A stretch of DNA of 63,999 nt, filler included, from Catajapyx aquilonaris (Eukaryota): NCBI GenBank assembly GCA_000934665.2. It is 4 parts of 4 records of this genome, joined end to end, with 100 filler letters (N's around TTAATTAATTAA, not from the genome) between each part and the next. Parts side by side here need not be neighbours in the genome. Positions count along the whole stretch, not along the records: positions 48,291 to 63,999 come from JYFJ02007416.1; 3 more parts are not named here. One strand, written 5' to 3'. The translations under genes were made by a program, and so were the position numbers. Positions 49,620 through 61,162 of the stretch are shown piece after piece. Under the pieces are notes generated by a model that saw only the letters and a list, made by a program, of their open reading frames with translations, ran no database searches and was not told where the DNA came from. The number at the start of each line of letters is the position of its first letter. Positions within the stretch are counted from its first letter, which is position 1.

Positions 49620-50575
49620 TAGTGCAGTGCGATATCGGAATTTATATATCGAAAATTGGTGTACCGGTACCGTAGTTGTATAAAGTGTTGAGACATCAAA
49701 AAGTGATAATATAGTATGAAAAGTCGATAGGATATATTGAAAATCGATTTAGTGCAAATATCGATAAAATATATTGAATATTGATATAGTATCAAATCGA
49801 TACAATTTATGAAAAATTGACATTGCATAAGTTTCGGTAATATAGAATATTAATATAGTGTAAGCGTCGATAAATCGTCGATGTTGATATATTAAAATTG
49901 ATACATAATAAGTGATGATACATCGTATCGAAACTTATTCTGTATCAATTTTGATATATCGACATCTACGATATATCGATACTTACATGAAGTAAAATTG
50001 ATGCAATTTATCAAAAATTTATTTCGTGTAAGTATCGATACGATTTATCAAAATTTTATTACGTGTAAATATCGATAAAATTTATCAAAAATTTATTTCG
50101 TGTAAATATCGATACAATTCATCAAAAATTTATTTCGTGTAAGTATCGATACGATTTATCAAAATTTTATTTCGTGTAAATATAGATACGATTTGTCAAA
50201 AATTTATTTCGTGTAAGTATCGATATATTGAACATAGACTATATAATATAAACGTCGATATATTATCAAAAAATGGATTTCGTGTAATTGTCGAAACGAT
50301 ATATTGGACATCGACGTAGTAAAGTAGTCGATACGATATCAACGATTAATTTACTGCAATTGTCGATTTTGGACATCGATATATTATAACTATCGATACC
50401 ATAATACTGTATTAACAATCAATGTAGTGTAAGTATCAGCGATTCATTGAAAATTGATATTGTATAAGTATGGATACGATATATAAAAATGATATGACGC
50501 GTCGATACGATATATCAAAAACCGAATTATCATCATATCGAAAATACGATCGGTTTGTAATCCTACTATCGATCA
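49620..50575. repeat. ATCGAT/TATCGATA-rich degenerate repeat with a 37-bp tandem core
   Basis: Core ~50010-50225: tcaaaaatttatttcgtgtaagtatcgatacgattta, ~6 copies. Confidence 0.85.
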
Positions 50576-51329
50576 CGCACTATTAGGAATCGCTCACTCG
50601 TAAAATAGATCAAACGGTTTGACCCCAATTAATAATTTAATGTCCGGAAAATATTAACATGTAACATATAAAACTAACCACGCAACATTTGACCCAATCC
50701 AGGTCAAATGTTAAAATTAGGTCAAGCCAGAATAAGATAAAGATCCGACTTCTGTCCAGCACTAAAAATAATCCGATTTTGCCCTAAAGTGTCATGGCCC
50801 CCATCATCCCATTTTCAGTTTTTTTTATACACTTGCGCAGTAGCCACCGCGCACGCTTATTGTCGGTATATCACTATGATAGATCACTCGAATAGAGCCA
50901 GAAATCAATGAAACGTGAGTGGGACGTCCAACAAGGTTGCAAGATGGGCGTGATCAAGATTCCGTCCGATTTAAAGGCTTGGTTAGATATCTGCCAGCCA
51001 CTATTTATTGTTACCTGTTGTTACTAACTCAAGACCTTGATTCGGCTACGCGGTAACAGTTAGTGAAGAGTTGTTAGTTATTTTTGAATCGTGGGCATCA
51101 AAGTTGTGGATATGACCTTGGCAGATGAGGCGTTGCATCTGACTATCACAAAGATGGTGGTTGGGGTTATCGGTTATGACAGGTTGACCTTATTATGTCA
51201 TATTAGTGGGCATTACAAAGTCTACGAGGTGGGTGGCCATCGGGTTCAATTTGATAAAAATTTATTTAATAAAATTTAAAATATCCCACCTGTTTGGAAA
51301 TTCGCCACTAGATGGCGTGGATGCGTCTG

Positions 51330-52145
51330 TCCTAAGTGGGGCCGGGGTGGAGGCTACCTGCTTTGTAGTGAGTCGTGTGGCGGCCGGAGATGAGGCTAGG
51401 TCATGAGTGGGGCCTGGGTGGAGGCTACTTGCTCTGTAATGAGTTGTGTGACGGCCCGGGACGAGGTTAGGTCATGAGTCGGGCCTGGGTAGAGGCTACT
51501 TGCTCTGCAATGAGTCGTGTGGCGATCGGAGACGAGACAATCCTTGCGTCGTCGGGTCTGGTGGAGGCTGCCTGGTTTGTAATGAGTCGTGTGACGGCCC
51601 GGGACGAGGCTAGCGTCCTGCTTGGGCCTGGGATGAGGCCACCTGCTTTGTAATGAGTCGTGTGACGGCCCAGGACGAGGCTAGTATCCTGAGTGGGGGC
51701 CTGGGCAGAGGCTACCTGATTTGTAATGAGTCGTGTGGCGGCCTGGTACGAGTCTAGTGTGCTTGGCCCTGAATAGAGGCTACCTGCTTTGTAAGGAGTC
51801 GTGTCACGGCCCAGGTAGAGGCTAGTATCCTGGATGGGGCCTGGGTAGAGGGTACCTGATTTGTAATGAGTCGTGTGACAGCCCGGGACGAGGTTAGTGG
51901 CCTGCTAGGGTCTGAATAGAGGCTATACCTATACCTGCTTTGTAAGGAGTCGTGTGACGGTCCGGTACGAGGTTAGTGTTGTCCTGCTTGGGCCTGGGTA
52001 AAGGCTACCTGCTTTGTAATGAGTCGTATGAGTATGAGTATGAGTATCGTGTGACAGCCCGGGACGAGGCTAGGTCATGAATCGGGGCTGGGTGGAGGCT
52101 ACCTGCTTTATAGTGAGTCGTGTGGCGGCCGGATATCAGGCTAGT
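51330..52145. repeat. ~71-bp GC-rich minisatellite, ~11 copies
   Basis: gaggctacctgctttgtaatgagtcgtgtgacggcccgggacgaggctag recurs at 51350, 51421, 51492 and onward. Confidence 0.92.
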
Positions 52146-53769
52146 TTACGACATCCAAGATCCGGTTGTGTAGGCCCAGTGACTGACACGAGTGCGTCCT
52201 CACGACCTGTTCTGGACCAAAAATGGCGGCGCCCACGTGCTCCCAACATGGAAAGTCGAAAAATCAGCCATTCTAAATGCGAAAAAAAATGTCTGAATAG
52301 AATCCAAGTCCATTACGAGCCTTGACAAATGTGGGCATGTAATCAATTACACGACACGGCACGTACTATGTACAGTGATTATTCCGACCACACATGACTC
52401 CCACACTGTCAGGGCAATGAATGGCCTGCGATTTCAATTACAATGGGCTGCGATCCACCTTCTAAATCACGGTTTTAATTTGTACCGTAAACGTGAAACT
52501 TGTACGGAAAAGGTGGGCTTTGAGACGTTTCAAGGTTGCTAGAGTCGACACTTCCGATGGATTGTCTCACATCATCAGTCGGTCGTAAAATTCGAGGCCA
52601 TTTGTATACAAGGATTCATATAGGCGAAGAATTACGGGGGTTGAACAACGAGCGATGTCCCTTGGACGTTTCTTCATGGTACGTCCTATGGATATCCAAA
52701 TATCCGATATCCAGTCAGTGGAGATGTGGATATCCATAGGATGTTCCAGGGAGTTTCGTGCTACCTGAGATAATATGAAAGTGTTTGGTTGTTTGTTTGT
52801 CCTGCGAAACTTGGCGAAACTTGGCACACTGGTAGCTCATATGTCACACTATGATAAAATAGCGTCAAAGTCGCGAAATGTTAGTTATAAAACTAGTTAT
52901 AGGCGTTCGTAGTCATATTTGCCAAATATTGATGAGAAATTTTCATGATCATCAACCCACGCGCATGTCACACATGATCGGTTGAATCCGACCAGTCATC
53001 ACCTTGTAACGACCATAAATCGTATGCGGAAGATGACCATCCAGGCGTCTCCATAACTGTTATGAGAAACGTGACAGTCCAAGGTTCCATCATTTTCTGG
53101 ATCAACACTTGATACGCCCCCCCAAGGAAAAGGGAGTTGACTTTTATTCTCATCAAATTATTGTTGCAAAAAGCTACGCCCTTGTTATCTACAAAAAGAG
53201 AAGCTCAAATTATCAAGAAAGTTTTGCCACACTATATAATTTAGTTTGGAACCAAAATGGCGCGTAACTGAAACTTTCACATCATTGTAACATAGTGGGT
53301 CATATCCTTATATGTATGTAATTATGTACTTATGTATGTAATTAGGTCTGGTTATTATTAAATTGGGCAGACATTTTGTGGCATATTTTGACCATTTTGG
53401 TGGCATATCTCGGCCATTTTGGGGCAATGTGACCAAATGTTTATGCGCGAGGTCAGCACTTTGAAACACTTTTAGTGGTCATGTTGAGTCAGATGACCTC
53501 AATGAGCGTTATTGCGACATATTAGACACGAACAGAGAAAGGAAAACCAGTTCGGATTTTATGGGCCAAATAACTGATTACATTAGCTGTTACATACCTT
53601 AAGCTATTTTATAACAGCTACATTTTAATCATGTAATATATTTTATTATTAAATATGGAAAGGAAAATAAGTTCGGATTTTATGGACCAAGTAACTGTTA
53701 CAGTTTAAGCTATGCTATAAGTTATTTTTATTCGTGTATATTTTATTATCAAACGTGTTTTGTCTGTAC

Positions 53770-54056
53770 GAAAGTAGCCGCTTATATAAAGGCTATTTTT
53801 GTAAGCAGTAGCAGCTTATATGACGGTTATTTCGTTAATCATTAGCGGCTTATATAATGGCTATTTCTGTAAGCAGTAGCAGCTTATGTAACGGTTATTT
53901 CTGTAAGCAGTAGCAGTTTATATAACAGCTATTTGTCTAAGCAGTAGCAGCTTATATAACGGTTATTTCGTTAAGAATTAGCGGCTTATATAATGGCTAT
54001 TTCTGTAAGCAGTAGCAGCTTATGTAACGGTTATTTCTGTAAGCAGTAGCAGCTTA
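53770..54056. repeat. 34-bp minisatellite
   Basis: Unit agcagtagcagcttatataacggttatttctgta, ~8 copies. Confidence 0.9.
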
Positions 54057-54789
54057 CTAAATTATTCATGCTTATATCTCCTATTTCTCCTAAGATACTT
54101 ATATATAAAAGGCAACGTTTGTTTGTTTGTTTGTTTTTCTACGGAAAATTCGATTCTGCTGTGGGCAGTGTCTCGTCGAGTCCTTATTTATGTCTTGAAG
54201 AACAACACCTTCGTTACGCTATCCTGACCCCTATGTTTGTGTGTGTGTGACCCCCCCCCCCCNCCCCAACAGGTGTGACTCAAATCGCTGGAGCGCGAGA
54301 TTGAACATGGGCGGAAATGACCCCCATGAGACTTTGGTCAAAATTAGGCCCTATCATATGGGTCCCATGGGAAATAATCCTCCCACCCTCCCCCTCCCCA
54401 AGACCATCTCCTGAGAAAGTCTTTGGAGACAGGTGTTCCCACTTGTTTTCCGCACCGGTGACCTTCGACCTTGAGGACCGGACTGGGGGATGGTGTAGCA
54501 AGAACGGAAGCAAATGTTTATGGGCAGAACCAATCAGACGGAAGTATGGGTAGTAAAATATTCGAGTGAAACTATCGGAAATAGTGTTGGAGCAAGTAGA
54601 GGAATGTTAGTTCGAAAATAGCAGAAAGGTCATTGTTGACCACCAGAGTTTCTCTCTGACTCAAGTTGTGCAAGGCCTGCTGGTTACAGGTGTGGCCATC
54701 TAGTGTCGCCTTTGAGTAAACACAAAAGCCGAGTCAGTTCTAAGTTTGCCCACTGAGGGCGACAGTGTATGGACTGGCATATTCAGTTT

Positions 54790-55720
54790 AAATTGATGCA
54801 CATTTCTAGGCCAAAGGTCACGCACTTGACTCCCAATAATTTTAGTTATGGTACAGCATGAAGTGTTTCCAGACCTTGCAATGAGTGACCTCCACCACCT
54901 GCGACACTAATAACTTTTGAAATGAAGATGCACATGTCAAGGTCAAAGGTCACACATTTGACTCCCAATTTTCGATACACTGTAGCACTAGCATAGTGAC
55001 CTTGCATTGAATGACCCCCCCCTCCCCCAATTTTTAATAAATTGAGATGCACGCCCAAGGGTCAAAGGTCACGTACCGGTAGTTGACTTCTGATAATGGT
55101 TTCATTGATTAATGCAGGTCAATTCACTGCCCTGGCATGAATTAACCTTGCAATGAGTGACTTCCCCCCAGCTAATTTTAAAATTAATGTGCATGTCCAG
55201 GTCAAAGGTCACAGTTTCTGATAATTTTAACTGATTTACAATGGATATCAATGCACTAGCGGGTATAAAGTGACCTTGCAATGAGTGACCTCCACCCTCC
55301 TTTTCTAATAAAGTGTGAAATTGATATGCATGTACAGGTCAAAGGCCATGTAAGTGTATTTGACTTCTGATAAAGTTTCATTGATTAACAATGGGTGTCA
55401 ATGCACTTCACTAGTATGAAGTGACCTTGTAATGAGTGACTTCCCCCCCCCCCCCCCCACNGTGACTTCCCCCCCCCCCCACCCACACACACACACATCT
55501 AATTTTAAAATTAATATGCATGTCCAGGTCAAAGGTCACATTTTCTGATAATTTTAACTGATTAACCATGGATATCAATGCACTGGTGTGAAGACTTCAA
55601 GCCTCTCTAGTATGAAGTGACCTTGCAGTGACCTCCATCTCCCTAGCTATAAAGGTCTTTTTAAATAAGCATATTCAGGTCAAATGTCACTTTTCTGATA
55701 ATTTTAATTGACTAACAGTC
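54790..55720. repeat. Degenerate 120-190-bp tandem repeat, each unit with (a)ggtcaaaggtca
   Basis: Motif at ~54809, 54940, 55059, 55199, 55336, 55526, 55677 (some with 1 mismatch) plus gtgaccttgcaatgagtgac; one more unit at ~56510-56600. Confidence 0.85.
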
Positions 55721-55769
55721 CTGCTAACAGTGGATGTCACATATGTACTAGCACAACTGGTCCTCACGA

Positions 55770-56133
55770 CTGGGAGACTGAGTGTGGCTGCGGTAACGTA
55801 TGCACCCATGGATGTTAAGGTCCTGGGTTCAAACCCAATCCGGGGTTACCCCCTTCATCTCATGCAGAGTTCTTGGGACATCTCTGGCTTCGTTTCGGGT
55901 GGTATTTCCGACAGACTAAGCCACCCAGGGGAGCTCACAAAATGACCATATTAGTCAATGCACTGCACCTTGCACGGACCCTCCCAGTCCTCCTGTCTGT
56001 AGGCCCGGGCGCTTCTAACATGGTCTAAGTTTTTATCGGACTTTAATCGATAGCATATAGAGCAATGGCTCTCCCCGAATACCCCGTAAGCGGCGTAAGG
56101 GGTGGCAAGGGGTAATACAATAAAAATTTAAAA
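55770..56133 (+). mobile_element. tRNA-derived SINE (family A, tail type 2)
   Basis: B-box gggttcaaaccc, shared core tctctggcttcgtttcgggtgg, 15-bp TSD aactggtcctcacga (55755-55769 / 56134-56148). Confidence 0.9.
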
Positions 56134-56159
56134 AACTGGTCCTCACGAGGGGGTTGTTC

Positions 56160-56465
56160 ACTAAGGGTAGTCCGTGTACACCTTCGTAGGTAGTCCGGGA
56201 GAGTGTAGGGGGGTAGTCCCGGGTAGTCCAAGGTAGTACAGAGTAGTCCGAGGGGTAGTCTATCCGAGGGATACTCCGAAATAGTCCAGGATAGGCCGGG
56301 GAAGTCCAAGGGTAGTCCGGGGGTGGTCCAGGGTAGTCTATTCGAGGGATACTCCGAAGTAGTCCAGGATAGGCCGGGGGTAGTCCAGGGGTGGTCCGGG
56401 GGTGGTCCAGGGTAGTCCATCTGAGGGGTACTCCAGGGTAGTCCACAGGTAGTCCGGGTAGTCTG
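56160..56465. repeat. ~10-bp gggtagtcc tandem array
   Basis: Direct reading. Confidence 0.85.
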
Positions 56466-58719
56466 TGTACACAAAAATATGTAAGTGAATAGCGATAGCC
56501 CCTTGGGTCCTGATCTTGCAATGAGTGACATTTACTTTTTGTCACCACCTTTAGTACAGTACACAGTTCGTAAACCACGTATCCAGGTCAAAGGTCACAC
56601 ATCAAACTTCTTATAATTTGAACCATGACCGGGCATGAAGCAGTAAATATGGTGCTCTGTAAAGGGTTATCGTCTTGGAAATAACTACAACGTGCTGTAC
56701 TCTTGGAAGAAAAATAGTACAGTGTATTTCTTAAATAGTGTTCAATACATTATTACATTTACAATGTTAGATCTCTTTCATTTATTATACAATATTGGAA
56801 GGTAATGAAAGGCTTTTTTTCAGGAGGATAGTCACATATAATCGTAATTCGATAAAAATAAGCACAATGATAGAAACGACGACTCATGCAACACTCTTTG
56901 GGGTGGGGAGGGGGGGGGAGGGGATGCGAGGAAAAGTAAACAAAAATAAATAAATACACTTGGGATAAATAAAAATGTCGATTTAGCAGAACAGCTTATT
57001 AATATACCAAAAAAAAATAAGGTACCAACTTCTTGTGTCATGGCAACATACCATGTTTGAGAAGTTATTTTGCCTTTCAAAATCCTTCAAGTTCAGTCTG
57101 AAGATCCAAGTGCAACAAAGTCAAAATTGTCGTGAAACGCAAAAACTGTTAATTTTTTTATTTTTTCCAAAAATTTTCATGTAGTGATTATAAAAAGGTG
57201 GAAAATAAGTGCAGCTACTCAGAGTATCGAGATTCTGTTCCATTATTTTTGATTGGCTCACGTCCGGTGAGACGGGTGAGGTAGAGGTGCTGCTGTGGAG
57301 AGAGGTTCGGACGAAGCGGATCAATTCATTCGAAACTCCCGACGTTTTGGAGCATCTCGTCAGACGCGTTCCCTCCATACCAGCACGTAACACGTAATTA
57401 CAAACACTTTTTAGGTAAAGTCACAGAGAGCGCTACATATCCATAGAAAGAAAAATAATTTTTTAGCCTTTCTTTGAAAATCACATAGAAATTAGTTTTC
57501 CTGAGCAGAGTTGGGTAAAATTTTGGCTTCTTTTTTTTCCACACTTTCGGTTGCTCTTGAAATCTCTAAAGAATTTACAACAATTAGGTTTTTTTTTAAA
57601 AGTCTAACAGTAAGTTGGAAATGAGGTTGTTGAGTCTAACAGGTTGTTTCCATTGCTCGTATTTGCACCTGGTTATTATAAAAAACTATTCTTATTTTTT
57701 TGTCTTGCACTTAAGTTTTGGTCCGGTTCAGATATTTAAAAATTGCGGTAAGAAAATGAAGCACTGGAATCAACCTTTTCCTCCACAATATCAAACAATC
57801 AAAAATTGAGTCGCTTCGTACAAAAACTACGGATATGCACGAAGGTGTCAACAAGTCGCAACATTTTTAGTGAATGTGCAGAGCCTATCGTTTTCTTTCG
57901 TTTACCGTTTCTCCCAACTTGTTGACAGCTCCTTGCATTTCCCTTGTTTTTGTGTAAGGTACTCAATTACTGCTGGAGGCTACGTTACGTAAGAATAGAC
58001 GGCCCACAAAGTAAATGTAACATTAGAACCACAGTATTGGCTTTTTTTTTTTTTACGTTCAGAAAAATCTTGTCCAAACCAAAAGCAAGAAATTAACATT
58101 TCCCACAGAAAACTCGTATCACATTATTTTTTGGTCACCCGCAATCTTCAGTCGTTACTCAACCCTGGAAGAAACATAACTACCCAAAATAATTGGCACC
58201 TACTGGGCGCTATGGCAACAAACTGACTCGCTTCAAAGAAACTTCTCGAATGATTTTTTTTTCTCACCCTTTCACTCTAAGCACATTCGTCGAAACGTTC
58301 ATGCAGCAGTCGATGCAAAATTCTTGCGGGACAGTTGGTCAGGAAACAAATGTACCCTATAATTCTTTCATAGTTTTCTGGAATTACTCAACATGGTTCT
58401 CTGCTGACATGCAGCAGGGATTCTGCACATGTGCTGTCAGGCGGTACATTATTTCCCTGAGTATTCTCCCTTTTTGCAAATAAAAAAAAAAGGATAGAAA
58501 AATCTTCCTATCAGAGAATTTCAGTTAGAAACGCAACAGAAACACCAGGAACAGTATGGCACCTTAACAAAACGACACAGCAAGAGCTCAATTAGAAGTT
58601 GTTTTTCTTTTAAACTTTAAAATCGAGATGTCCACCAGTCGTGAATTGTACCCTTTGAGGAGCAGAGAAGCTTCCTTATTTCACGAGGACCACCATCTCC
58701 ACTTCAAGACGGCTAACTT

Positions 58720-59695
58720 TCAAGAGGGCGGCTTCGACGGTCTCGGGATGTGATTCCTCAGCACCAGGGCGCTCTCTGCGGAAATTATCGGCAGGCCATT
58801 GTTGCGGTGGTAGTTGATCAGGTGGCTCACACTCTCAAAGGTTCGGTCCTTGGTTCGAACCTGCAAATGGGGTGAAATCAGTATGGCCATTGAGAAGGGA
58901 GTTTGGTGAATAGTGTAAGACTCCTCACCACTCCCTCTGGATCTACCAGCAGGAGGTGCTTCTTGGTCCTCTGCTGCTGACCGGTAAGAACATATTGGCC
59001 AGGAGATCCCTGGCTCTCTCTGACCAGGAAATCACCATCTTTCACCAGGAGGGCCTCTGCCTCCTTTCGACTGACTGGCCCATGGAACCAATCCTCCAGC
59101 TGCAACTGGGCCCTCTGAGCAGAAGCGGTCAGCATCGGACCAGCCAAAGCGAGGGGTGCAGGGACTGAGCCAGACGACATGTTGGGTCTGGTGGGTAAGG
59201 ACACTGCTGTCATTGGTGGCGGGGAACGCTGGCCAAATGGCTCTGTGGAGAAAAACAATTGTGTTCAGAAATTGTCCAATGTCGTAAGCTAGTCACTGTC
59301 CACATGCAGCAAAATGGTAGGGATTAATTCCAAACTAATTCATAACTTGCAAGATGTAATATCCCTAAATACAAGGGAGACGGAGTGGCGCCGCGGTAAC
59401 GCGTGCGCCCACGGAAGTTAAGGTCCCGGGTTCAATCCCCACCCGGGGTTCCCACCTTCTTTCGTGCAGAGTGAGACCGTCTCTGGCTTCGTTTCGGGTG
59501 GCGATCCTTTCACATATGCCACCCGGGGGAGTTCACAAAACGGCACATCAACGACATTGCACACGCACTTTGCACATCCCCTCCTACTTACCCTTGGAAC
59601 ACACTAAATACTATCTTAGTATACCGGTTCCACCCAAATGGTGGCATTCCACCCCCCTAAAGGAAATGTAACTCCCAATGGGGTAATGCAAAAAA

Positions 59696-59726
<31 letters not shown>

Positions 59727-61162
59727 ATACAAAACTCACGCATGTCGAAGGGATCAGCTTCTGCCTTGCCCTTGACGGCATCTCTGAATCCATCCACAAC
59801 ACTTCCATTCACGTATTCATGGTGCGGCCTGGCAGTCCCAGAAGACGTCGCACATAGGGCTGCTGCTACCGAAGATTGGGCCGTAGATGATGCCTGCTGC
59901 TCCAATAAAGATGCTGCACCTGCCACTGGCGCAGGGGGAGGTGGAGGGGGATTGGCAAATGCGGCAGAAGAGAGGTCGCCACTCAGGTCAATGAGATTAC
60001 CAGTCATCTCTGTAAAATAAATCATTATCCATTAGTTTTATTTCTAACTCAGGCCTAATTCTCTCAAGTGACCATTTACAGGCCTATTTACCTTTGGCTG
60101 ACTTGGTGTTTCCTTGAGCAGCTGCATCCTCCTTCCCTCCCATTTGTTTTTCCTCCCCTCCTGCTTGGCCCCCTCCCTTCAGGTCAGGAGGTACCTTCCC
60201 AGGCAGGTCATTGTAGTATTCCGGGTCATCCCCCCAGGCAGACCACTCTGCTCCGTTGAACACAGGAGATTCCAGCCTGTCCGAGACGTACATGACTCGA
60301 GGGGCTCGCTTAAGGTACTCCTTGAAGCGCAGCTCAAAAGCTTGCCCCACGGTGGTGATCACGTCCTGTGCCAGACCACCCCCGCACTCCAGAACAAAGC
60401 AGGCCCGGCCATACCTGATGTCCTTTGCTACGTAGGCCACAAAGTCAAGCGTGTCCTGTACAGAGAACGAGACAGTCAGTCATCATTCCTTTTCACATCA
60501 AAAGCCCTGCCAGAAGCAAACGAACAGACAGATCCTGCCCGTGACTGCAAACTTCTGAAAATTATTTCTATGGAAATCTTGCTTTTCAAGAGGCATTTAT
60601 TATGCTAAGATACTTCGGTAGACCTAGCAATTTGTGGTACAGTCAAAATAAGCTCCCATGATTGTGCAGTTGCCTTGCTTTAAGCCTCTTTGAATAAAGC
60701 CGCACAAGAGCTTTATTCAAACTAGGGCTTTATTTATAAAGATACCAAAATCAATGCAGGAAACCTTGCAAGACTGCATCATGCAAATTCAACATTGAAT
60801 TCCCACTGGGATTCTCTGAGCATTAAGCTCGGAACGTGCCTTTCCTTAACGGATGCAGAGTAGAATTTTATTGGGAGCGTTGCTCTTAGTTACCTGTTAC
60901 GCTATATGATAACCAAGGGCTGCTATCCATTAAAAAGTGTGTGGATTCCATATGGGCAATGCCACACATCAATCCCATATATACTCACAGGATCGCCACC
61001 TGAGGCGAAGGAAATGTTGGGCATGTCGTGATCGGTGATGATCTGTCCGGTCTCCAGCAGAGTCAGCCTCAAACTCCCACTTGTGATGGTCAAGTGGACG
61101 TTGGCACCAGCATGATGCATTATAGGAATGTCGCCTAGCATCCGCAGTATCTTCCTGTCGAC
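58720..61162 (-). CDS. Shc: SHC-transforming protein (Shc adaptor), 3' five exons
   Basis: Exons 61162-60989, 60455-60092, 60009-59740, 59242-58929, 58860-58720, phases consistent. PTB ([42 protein letters not shown]), CH1 YYNDLPGK and YVN Grb2 sites, DPFDM, SH2 ([41 protein letters not shown]). N-terminal exons not identified in the window. Confidence 0.96.
59375..59723 (+). mobile_element. tRNA-derived SINE (family A, tail type 3) in Shc intron
   Basis: A and B boxes, (AAAT)n tail, TSD taaatacaa (59366-59374 / 59724-59732). Confidence 0.9.

Noticed and set aside
51330..52145. Regularly spaced repeats resembling a CRISPR array
   Set aside because: Whole 71-bp units are homologous, there are no unique spacers or cas genes, and the context is eukaryotic: a minisatellite.
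56033..56578. Pro/Thr-rich minus-strand ORFs of 162-181 aa
   Set aside because: Produced by the gggtagtcc tandem array and SINE tail.
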